DNA from: Betaproteobacteria bacterium
GTDB lineage: Bacteria > Pseudomonadota > Gammaproteobacteria > Burkholderiales > Burkholderiaceae_C
Assembly (NCBI GenBank): GCA_009919175.1
Contig: RGCL01000006.1
Location: 2,211-66,210 of the forward strand
Direction of reading: 5' to 3'
DNA: 64,000 nt
Below the pieces are notes generated by a model. That model had not been told where the DNA came from. It was given only the letters and a program-made list of their open reading frames with translations, and searched no databases. Made by a program: the position numbers and the translations under genes. Positions 56,839 to 64,000 of the stretch are shown here, piece after piece; the stretch's first letter is position 1; each line of letters starts with the position of its first letter.

Positions 56839-57789
56839 TCAACCCAATAAGCGCGCCAAGGTCATCAAGCCCAAGAGCGCAACCCAGGCCACCACGGTTC
56901 GCCACACCAAGCCAACCAGGCTGCGCAGATGATGCGATTGAGGTTTCATGGAGGCCGTGGTGGTGTCAGAGGCCATCGAGTTGGTGGCTTCAGACTGAAA
57001 TGCCGCGCCCAACTGAACGCCAATGGCGCCAGACGTGGCACAAATCAGGACTTCCTCGTTGCTCAGACTTTGTCGCGAAGCCTGGGTACGCCAGGCATCT
57101 ACCGCATCCTCAAAATTGCCCGCAATGGCGAACATCAAGGCGGTGACCCGAACGCATAGCCAATCAACCACATGCCAAGCTTGCGCACTGACCTGGGCAT
57201 CGACCTGTCCCGATACCGGGAAATCGTCCGAGCGGTTAGACCAGGCTCTGGCCACAAATTCATTCAATCGGTAAAAAACAGCTCCTGTTGGCCCCAAGCC
57301 CAACGCCGCCAGCATGGAAAACCAGAACACCACGCCAAACACATGTCGATGACTCTCGAGCGAAGCATGTTCAATGAGTTGTCGGGTCAGTTCGGTGGGC
57401 TCAGAAGTCACACGATCCACCCCACGCCATTGCGCCAAGGCTTGCGCTGCCTCGTCGTACTGCCCCATGGAAATGGCATCGCGGATGCTGGAGAAATGGT
57501 GGCTGAACTGTCGGAATCCCAAACAGGCATACAAGACCAAACAGGCCCACACAATGGCCAAAAACCAGCCCAGCACATACAAAAGCAACCAGTGGATGAG
57601 CAAGACCAGCACCGTGGGAAGCACAACGGCCAATGACCAGGCCGTCCAAGCGCTTCGCTGGTCATCGGGATGGATGAAATGGCGTACCCACTGGTGCCAT
57701 TGCGCAACACCTTGGTGCAAGAGGTTGCCATCGGGCAAGGGGCGAACCTGCTCGATCAATAAGGCCAGGACCAATGCAATGAAACTCAT
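56839..57789 (-). CDS. CobD/CbiB (AmpE-like) family membrane protein
   Basis: LIEQVRP, HRHVFGVVFWF, GAVFYR, FAIAGNFEDA. Confidence 0.75.
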   Translation of the reverse strand: MSFIALVLALLIEQVRPLPDGNLLHQGVAQWHQWVRHFIHPDDQRSAWTAWSLAVVLPTVLVLLIHWLLLYVLGWFLAIVWACLVLYACLGFRQFSHHFSSIRDAISMGQYDEAAQALAQWRGVDRVTSEPTELTRQLIEHASLESHRHVFGVVFWFSMLAALGLGPTGAVFYRLNEFVARAWSNRSDDFPVSGQVDAQVSAQAWHVVDWLCVRVTALMFAIAGNFEDAVDAWRTQASRQSLSNEEVLICATSGAIGVQLGAAFQSEATNSMASDTTTASMKPQSHHLRSLVGLVWRTVVAWVALLGLMTLARLLG

Positions 57790-57831
57790 ATCAAAAGATG
57801 ATAGCGACCTTCAAACCCCAGTGACGCAGAC

Positions 57832-58533
57832 TCAAGCGAGCAGGAATCGGTAGAGGTTGCGCAGCATCCCCGCCGTGGCTCCCCAGATGAATCGATGGTG
57901 ATCGCCCTGGTAATAGGGCATGGAATACCAGTTCCTCACATCGCCCTCCCATTCAAATTGATGCCAGCGGTGATTGGCAGGATCCATCAAAAAAGGCAGG
58001 GGCACCTCGAACACCTCGGCCACTTCGTTGGGGTTGGGTACAAAGCGCGCATGTTCCGAAATCAAGGCCACCACAGGGGTCACCACAAACGCCGTGCCGG
58101 TGATGTAGACGGGCAAAGTTCCCAAGACTTCGACATGACTTGGGTCCAGACCCACTTCTTCCTGGGATTCACGCAAAGCGGCCGCGATGGCATCGGCATC
58201 CTCGGGGTCAAGCTTGCCGCCTGGCAAGGCCACTTGGCCGGAATGGGTCTTGAGGTGGGCGGTTCTTTGGGTCAACACCAAGCTTGGCACCGGGCGCTGA
58301 ACAATGCCCATCAGCACCGAGGCCTGGGTGGGGACGCGGTCGCCAAACTTCTTTTCTGAAACGGTCTCGGGACGCCAATCGGGGGGATTCAAAAACCGCT
58401 GCCGCAATGCATCGGCATGCATGCTCGCCAGGGGCACAGCGGGCAGGGTTTCAGGCAAAGAAAGGGCCGGAACCCGTAAGGGATCCAGCCCAGGTATTTT
58501 GGCCAGCGGTACGGTCGTGCCGTCGCGGCTCAA
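57832..58533 (-). CDS. Nudix CoA pyrophosphatase
   Basis: HSGQVALPGG, AALRESQEEVGL Nudix box, IWGATAGML; start uncertain. Confidence 0.88.
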   Translation of the reverse strand: MSRDGTTVPLAKIPGLDPLRVPALSLPETLPAVPLASMHADALRQRFLNPPDWRPETVSEKKFGDRVPTQASVLMGIVQRPVPSLVLTQRTAHLKTHSGQVALPGGKLDPEDADAIAAALRESQEEVGLDPSHVEVLGTLPVYITGTAFVVTPVVALISEHARFVPNPNEVAEVFEVPLPFLMDPANHRWHQFEWEGDVRNWYSMPYYQGDHHRFIWGATAGMLRNLYRFLLA

Positions 58534-58537
58534 TCGC

Positions 58538-58918
58538 TCACTCCGCAGCGCTGGCTGTGGACTTGTGAGTCAGCTTTTCCTTGATGCGGGCAGACTTGCC
58601 GCTGCGGTCACGCAGGAAGTACAGCTTGGCGCGACGCACATCGCCACGACGCTTGACTTCGATCTTGGCGATCAGGGGGCTATAGGTTTGGAAAGTACGC
58701 TCAACGCCTTCACCGCTGGAAATTTTGCGAACGGTGAAACCACTGTTGAGGCCGCGATTGCGCTTGGCAATCACCACACCTTCATAGGCCTGCAAGCGCT
58801 TGCGGTTGCCTTCAACCACATTGACGCTCACCACCACGGTGTCTCCAGGGGCAAACTCGGGAATGGTTTTGCCAAGGCGAGCAATTTCTTCTTGCTCAAG
58901 GGTTTGGATCAAGTTCAT
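58538..58918 (-). CDS. rplS: 50S ribosomal protein L19
   Basis: [28 protein letters not shown]. Confidence 0.97.
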   Translation of the reverse strand: MNLIQTLEQEEIARLGKTIPEFAPGDTVVVSVNVVEGNRKRLQAYEGVVIAKRNRGLNSGFTVRKISSGEGVERTFQTYSPLIAKIEVKRRGDVRRAKLYFLRDRSGKSARIKEKLTHKSTASAAE

Positions 58919-59066
58919 GATGTCCTCAGGCGATCGTGATTGCGCTGCACTAGGGGCCTAGATTCACAACCATGGTGTCTGGGCGGCCAATCAGAGGATC
59001 GAGCCAAAGATTATATGCAATCCCGTAACCGGCTCTTTTGAAGCCTTTTTGCAGCATTTTCGGCGC

Positions 59067-59825
59067 CTAGTCCTGTTGTCCCCTGATCCACGCCAGCTCT
59101 GCCGGGCTGAGTCCGCCCTCCTGCACAGCCTGATCCATCAAATCGGGGCGCTGCCTGAGCGTGATCTGCAAGCGCTGCTGTCGGCGCCATTTGTCAATTT
59201 CGGCGTGGTTGCCGCTCAGCAGTACAGGCGGGACAGATGCATCACCCCACACCTCTGGGCGGGTGTAATGCGGACAATCGAGCAAGCCATTCAAATGCGG
59301 ATGGAAGCTGTCCTCAAGGGCGCTCGCTTCATCGCTCAAGACGCCAGGTTGCAGTCTGGCCACTGCGTCGAGCAAGGCCATGGCGGCAATTTCGCCCCCT
59401 GACACCACAAAGTCGCCCAGACTGATCTGATGATCGACCTCGGCATCGATGAACCGCTGGTCGATGCCCTCGTAGCGTCCACACAACAAAATACCCCCAG
59501 CACTGGCCGACCAGGTCTCGACCATGGCGTGGTTGAGCCGTTGGCCAGCGGGAGAAAAAAGCACCAGGGGTGCCTGCGTTCGGTCTTGGCCACGATCCTG
59601 TCGAATGGCAGCTAGGCAATCGGCCAAAGGCTGGGCCAACATCACCATGCCAGGTCCGCCACCAAACGGGCGATCATCGACTCGGCGATATGGTCCTGCC
59701 GCATGGTCACGGGGATTCCAGCATCGCAAGTCCACTTGCCCGGACTCAAAGGCGCGACGAATCACACCGCTGACCTTGAAGGCCTCAAAGAGCTCAGGGA
59801 AAAGGGTGATGACATCGAATCGCAT
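59067..59825 (-). CDS. trmD: tRNA (guanine-N1)-methyltransferase
   Basis: VDDRPFGGGPGMV, CGRYEGID.R, GDFVVSGGE, LLSGNH. Confidence 0.96.
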   Translation of the reverse strand: MRFDVITLFPELFEAFKVSGVIRRAFESGQVDLRCWNPRDHAAGPYRRVDDRPFGGGPGMVMLAQPLADCLAAIRQDRGQDRTQAPLVLFSPAGQRLNHAMVETWSASAGGILLCGRYEGIDQRFIDAEVDHQISLGDFVVSGGEIAAMALLDAVARLQPGVLSDEASALEDSFHPHLNGLLDCPHYTRPEVWGDASVPPVLLSGNHAEIDKWRRQQRLQITLRQRPDLMDQAVQEGGLSPAELAWIRGQQD

Positions 59826-59838
59826 GCGCATGGCCAGT

Positions 59839-60435
59839 TCAGTAGTCCGGTTGCCAGTCCACAGTGATGCGCCCCAGGGAGCGATCCACATCGTCGATGT
59901 AGGCTTTGACAAAGGGGATGAGTCGCTCCAATGGGTGATCTGCCCCCGCAACTGGCGCATGCAGCACCAGCACATCATGGGGGCCTGTGGAGAGCAACTC
60001 CACCACCTTGCCCAAAGCCACCCCTTCTCGATTGACCACCTCGAGTCCGATCAAATCCACCCAGTAATAGGCATTGTCTTCAGGGGTGGGGAAGCTGGAT
60101 CGGGGCACATGAATGCGCCACCCCTTGAGCTGCTCGGCCGCTGTTCGATCGGGCGTCACCTCGGCCTTGGCGACCGGACCAGAGCTGTGCACCTTGGCTT
60201 GAATGATGCGCAACAGCCCCACAACGGGCTGCGAAGTGGCCATCACCCGCTTGACCCCTTGGGGCTCGGGCGGGCAGATGTACCAGCGCTTGCAAGAAAA
60301 AAGCGCCTCTGCGGAGGCGCTGTATGCATGGACCTTGAACCAGCCCTGAATGCCCCAAGCCTCTGCAATTCGACCCACCTCGACGGCGTCGTCGGGCAAG
60401 GTGTCGGGCTCGAGACCCAGGGGGAGCTGACTCAC
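59839..60435 (-). CDS. rimM: 16S rRNA processing protein RimM
   Basis: GRIAEAWGIQGWFKV, YYWVDLIGL, RLIPFV, VDWQPDY. Confidence 0.93.
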   Translation of the reverse strand: MSQLPLGLEPDTLPDDAVEVGRIAEAWGIQGWFKVHAYSASAEALFSCKRWYICPPEPQGVKRVMATSQPVVGLLRIIQAKVHSSGPVAKAEVTPDRTAAEQLKGWRIHVPRSSFPTPEDNAYYWVDLIGLEVVNREGVALGKVVELLSTGPHDVLVLHAPVAGADHPLERLIPFVKAYIDDVDRSLGRITVDWQPDY

Positions 60436-60441
60436 GCCCGA

Positions 60442-60690
60442 TCAGGCGGCCGTCTTGGCCTGACGCATCAAACGGGTCACGGTTTCAGAAGGCTTTGCAC
60501 CCACACCGATCCAGTGGGAGAGGCGGTCTTGTGCAATGCGCAAACCCTCTTCGCCTTCTTTGGCTAGGGGGTTGTAAAAACCGATGCGCTCGATGAAACG
60601 TCCATCGCGACGGTTGCGCTTGTCAGCCACAACGATCTGGAAGAAGGGGCGAGCTTTCGCGCCGCCGCGAGTGAGTCGAATGACGACCAT
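60442..60690 (-). CDS. rpsP: 30S ribosomal protein S16
   Basis: [27 protein letters not shown]. Confidence 0.97.
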   Translation of the reverse strand: MVVIRLTRGGAKARPFFQIVVADKRNRRDGRFIERIGFYNPLAKEGEEGLRIAQDRLSHWIGVGAKPSETVTRLMRQAKTAA

Positions 60691-60889
60691 GGTTGAATTC
60701 CTTGGGTGGTGAATGAATCAGCGTTTGAGACACGCTAGTGGCCACCCGGCCCTAGACACGCTGAAAAGCCTCGCATTATATGCGTGCAGGACATTTGACC
60801 CTGAATCGCTGCGGCCACGCCCCTCATGCGCTGCACGCCTGATGGGCTTGCAGGTATGCTTCGCAGCCCATGAAACAAGAGTCATCCCA

Positions 60890-61336
60890 ATGAAAAACAA
60901 AACCCTGGCAACCTGGATTTCGCTGGTCGGGGGGCCATTTGGCCTTCACCGCGTGTACTTGTACGGCTGGAAAGATGGTTTTGCCTGGGCGCACTTTTTC
61001 CTCACTTTGCTGGGGCTTTTGGGTCTGCAAAGGTTGATGGACTTTGGCGTTGATGACCCCTTGAGTTGGTGGTTGCTGCCGCTGCTGGGCTTTAGTCTGG
61101 CGTGGAATTGCTTGGAAGCCTTGATCCTTGGCCTCATGAGCCCTGAACAATGGAACCAGCGATTCAATCCAAGCGCTGAAGCACTTCACCCTCAAGGTTT
61201 GAGCAACTGGATCACCGTGGTGGCCATTGTGTTGGCCCTCATGGTGGGCGCCACCGCCTTGATTTCGGGCCTGGCCATGAGCTTTCAGCATTACTTCGAA
61301 GCGCAAATCCAGGAAGGCCTCAAGCTGGCGGAATGA
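60890..61336 (+). CDS. TM2/NINE-domain membrane protein
   Basis: MKNKTLATWI..VGG.FGLHRVYL motif; 3-4 TM. Confidence 0.75.
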   Translation: MKNKTLATWISLVGGPFGLHRVYLYGWKDGFAWAHFFLTLLGLLGLQRLMDFGVDDPLSWWLLPLLGFSLAWNCLEALILGLMSPEQWNQRFNPSAEALHPQGLSNWITVVAIVLALMVGATALISGLAMSFQHYFEAQIQEGLKLAE

Positions 61337-61373
61337 GAGCGCATGCACGCGCCGACATTCATGGCCCGCTTGT

Positions 61374-61862
61374 CTAGGCAGACTGACTCCAGGTCTGCCA
61401 ATCCCCCAACCTCACCAGGCTGGGGTCGTGCGCCTGTTGCCTCATGGCCGCTGTGACCTTGTGCGGCCGCAGTTCGGCCAAGGGCTCGATGACAAAAGCC
61501 CTGAGCGACCAGCGCGGATGAGGCACCACCAGATGGGGTCCTTGCATCTGGGCTGAACCGTAAAAAATCAGATCAAGGTCCAGCGTGCGCGGCGCGTTCA
61601 CATGCGGGCGCTCGCGCCCTGCCAGCGTCTCCAAATGCTGCAAGGCCTGCAAGAGGTCGGGCGCGCATCGGTCCGTTTGGATCACGCACACCGTATTGAG
61701 ATAGTCTGGCCCCTGCGCCTGCCACGGCGCAGAGCGATAAACCCCGGCGACTTCCACCGACCGCAACGAGAGTTCAGCCAGGGCTTTGACGGCGCGAACG
61801 AAGGTCGACCTCACCTCACCCAAGTTGGCCCCTAAGGCCACCACCGCTTCCACCTCACGCAT
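61374..61862 (-). CDS. folK: 2-amino-4-hydroxy-6-hydroxymethyldihydropteridine diphosphokinase
   Basis: ALGANLG, YLN.V, PRTLDLDL, PHPR...RAFV..PL. Confidence 0.92.
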   Translation of the reverse strand: MREVEAVVALGANLGEVRSTFVRAVKALAELSLRSVEVAGVYRSAPWQAQGPDYLNTVCVIQTDRCAPDLLQALQHLETLAGRERPHVNAPRTLDLDLIFYGSAQMQGPHLVVPHPRWSLRAFVIEPLAELRPHKVTAAMRQQAHDPSLVRLGDWQTWSQSA

Positions 61863-63363
61863 GCGAGTCATCACCGCCCGGAGAGCCACCCTCAGGATGG
61901 GGCCGCGTGCTTTTACGCCGACGGCGACGGCGCGCCGAGGGGGAGGCCCCCTGGGTGGACGCGGCGTCTCCTGCCTCAGACTTGGGGGCGTCATGACGAA
62001 CACGTTGCGCGCTGGCACGACGCATCTCCTGGATCATGTCTTGCTGATCCTCGGGGGTCGCCAGACTGAAGCGCTCCCACCAATCGGCCAATTCCATGGG
62101 CAACTCGCCAGCCTGAGCGCGCAATCGCATGAAATCGAAGCCGGCACGAAAACGCGGCTGGGCGACCAAGCTCATGCAAGTGGCCGCAGTTCGCTTTTCA
62201 AATCTCGGTTGCATGGACCAGATGTCGCGCATGTCGGCGGCGAGCTTGCCCCGTCCTGAGACATCCCCCACACGCCACTCAAAGACTTCATCCATGGCCG
62301 ACATGAGCGCGGGCTGTGGTGCCAGTTTGGCCCGGTGGGCTTGCCAGCGGTTGTCGACGTCAGACCACAGCACGCAGGCCAGCAGGAAACTCGGAGCCAC
62401 CGGTTTGCCCTCGCCCACTCGCCGGTCGGTGTCGGCCAATGCGGCAGCCACCAACGGGAGCTGCGCCCTGTCGACGACCACATCCAGCAAGGGATAGATG
62501 CCCTTGGACAAGCCCAATTGCTGTAGGGTGGCCACGCTGTCGATGGCATGACCGGTCTGCAAGAGCTTGAGCATCTCGTCGAACATGCGGCTTTGCGGCA
62601 CTTGCTCGAGCAAAGGCAAGAGCTTGAGCATGGGCTTGGCTGTGGCCGGGTCGAGCTTGAACTTCAAGCCCTTGAGCTTGGCGCAAAAGCGCACCGCGCG
62701 CACGATGCGCACCGGGTCTTCACGATAACGGTGAGCCGGATCGCCAATCATGCGCAGGACACGCTTTTTGGCATCGTTGTAGCCACCGTGGTAGTCGATG
62801 AGCACCTCAGACACCGGGTCGTAATACATGGCGTTGACGGTGAAGTCGCGACGCGCCGCATCCTCATGCTGGCTGCCCCAGACGTTGTCCCTGAGCAGTC
62901 GCCCCGAGGCATCCACCGCGTGGCTGAGGTTCATGAGGTCTTTTTTGCTGGTGCGCTCGTTGCCCGCCACCTGGTGCGCCTGGTCCGAAGACAGGTTGGC
63001 CCTGAAGGTGGTGACCTCAATCACCTCATGCTCGCGGCCGCGGCCAAACACCACATGAACAATTCGAAACCGCTTGCCAATGATGAACGCACGACGAAAC
63101 GCCGACTTGACCTGCTCGGGCGTGGCGTTGGTGGCCACATCAAAGTCCTTGGGCTTGAGTCCCAGCAACAGATCGCGCACCGCACCGCCAACGATGAAGG
63201 CTTCGAAGCCCCGCTCTTGCAAGGTTTTCACCACATCCAGAGCGCGGCGGTCCACCCAATCCACATGAATGCCGTGCTTGGACACCGGGATGCGGTTGGC
63301 CACCGTGGTGTCCGCCGCTGCGGCACGCTTGTTCAGGATGCGCGAGATGAAGGTTTTGATCAT
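61855..63363 (-). CDS. pcnB: Poly(A) polymerase I
   Basis: VGGAVRDLL, KDFDVAT, IIGKRFRIVHV, RRDFTVNAM, EDPVRIVRA. Confidence 0.95.
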   Translation of the reverse strand: MIKTFISRILNKRAAAADTTVANRIPVSKHGIHVDWVDRRALDVVKTLQERGFEAFIVGGAVRDLLLGLKPKDFDVATNATPEQVKSAFRRAFIIGKRFRIVHVVFGRGREHEVIEVTTFRANLSSDQAHQVAGNERTSKKDLMNLSHAVDASGRLLRDNVWGSQHEDAARRDFTVNAMYYDPVSEVLIDYHGGYNDAKKRVLRMIGDPAHRYREDPVRIVRAVRFCAKLKGLKFKLDPATAKPMLKLLPLLEQVPQSRMFDEMLKLLQTGHAIDSVATLQQLGLSKGIYPLLDVVVDRAQLPLVAAALADTDRRVGEGKPVAPSFLLACVLWSDVDNRWQAHRAKLAPQPALMSAMDEVFEWRVGDVSGRGKLAADMRDIWSMQPRFEKRTAATCMSLVAQPRFRAGFDFMRLRAQAGELPMELADWWERFSLATPEDQQDMIQEMRRASAQRVRHDAPKSEAGDAASTQGASPSARRRRRRKSTRPHPEGGSPGGDDSHA

Positions 63364-64000
63364 GTGGGTTCAAACAATTGAAGAAGAGGCCACCCCCTGT
63401 CCAAGGCCACAGCCTTGAGGCGAGGATCGGGGTTGGTAACCACCGGATGATTCACGCATTCGAGCAAGGGCAAATCATTCATGGAGTCGCTGTAAAAAAT
63501 GGTCTGCACCTCAGACCAGCTCAGGCCTTGAGCCGCCAGCCACGCATTCACACGCGTGACCTTGCCCTCACGCAGCGCTGGCACGCCCTTGATGTTGCCG
63601 TTGTACCAACCCGTGGGATCTTGTTCCAATTCGGTGGAGATCAACACTTCCATGCCAAAACGCTCGGCAATGGGTTGGGTCACAAATTCATGCGTGGCAC
63701 TCACCATGACGAGCCGATGCCCCTGGCGACGATGCGAATCCACCAGGTTCAAGGCACTGGCCTTAATGGCAGGTTCGATGACCTCATTCATGTAACGCTG
63801 CCTGGCTTGCAAGCTGTCTTGCCTGCCTTTGCGACGAATGGCTTCAGTCGCAAACAACACATATTCATGGATATCCAGTGTGCCGGCCACGTACTGCCGA
63901 TAGAAGTCCTCATTGCGCTCATGAAAGTCCGAGGACGAGACCCATCCCAACGACACCGTGAAGCGCCCCCAGGACTGGTCTGAGTCTATGGGTAAAAGCG
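63360..64000 (-). CDS. HAD-IB family hydrolase (5'-truncated by window edge)
   Basis: LLPIDSDQSWG, VSAT..F, FYSDSMNDLPLL, NPD. Confidence 0.88.
   Translation of the reverse strand, partial: LLPIDSDQSWGRFTVSLGWVSSSDFHERNEDFYRQYVAGTLDIHEYVLFATEAIRRKGRQDSLQARQRYMNEVIEPAIKASALNLVDSHRRQGHRLVMVSATHEFVTQPIAERFGMEVLISTELEQDPTGWYNGNIKGVPALREGKVTRVNAWLAAQGLSWSEVQTIFYSDSMNDLPLLECVNHPVVTNPDPRLKAVALDRGWPLLQLFEPT

Noticed and set aside
1-64000. Mobile elements, prophage, CRISPR, toxin-antitoxin or defence genes
   Set aside because: No integrase, transposase, phage structural gene, cas gene or regularly spaced repeat array was recognisable on either strand.

Overview
64 kb of a betaproteobacterial chromosome; gene content and order look like Comamonadaceae (Burkholderiales). 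It is mostly core housekeeping: tolQRA, aroC, metY, thyA-folA, xth, glnA-ntrBC, tig-clpP-clpX-lon, hpnCDE, hemH, a DEAD-box helicase, orn, rsgA, rpsP-rimM-trmD-rplS, pcnB-folK, and tRNA-Gly/Cys/Leu. I saw no integrase, transposase, prophage or CRISPR array. The best candidate for an undescribed system is a four-gene minus-strand cluster at 49594-52069: bactofilin, membrane-anchored M23 peptidase, second bactofilin, and a RodZ-like HTH-TM protein lacking a periplasmic domain. It is preceded by an AT-rich region with two pairs of direct repeats and looks like a cell-shape module. Other points of interest: an idonate/gluconate cluster with an IlvD-family dehydratase and an LRA5-like SDR, a YhgE/Pip-family membrane protein, an AT-rich glycosyltransferase/O-antigen-ligase trio beside tRNA-Cys, a green-heme-protein-like cytochrome c, a 7TM-DISM two-component pair where tolB-pal would normally sit, and structured leaders upstream of the helicase, rpsP and rplS. 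All family assignments come from motifs recognised by eye; no database searches were run, and several start codons are my choice among alternatives.
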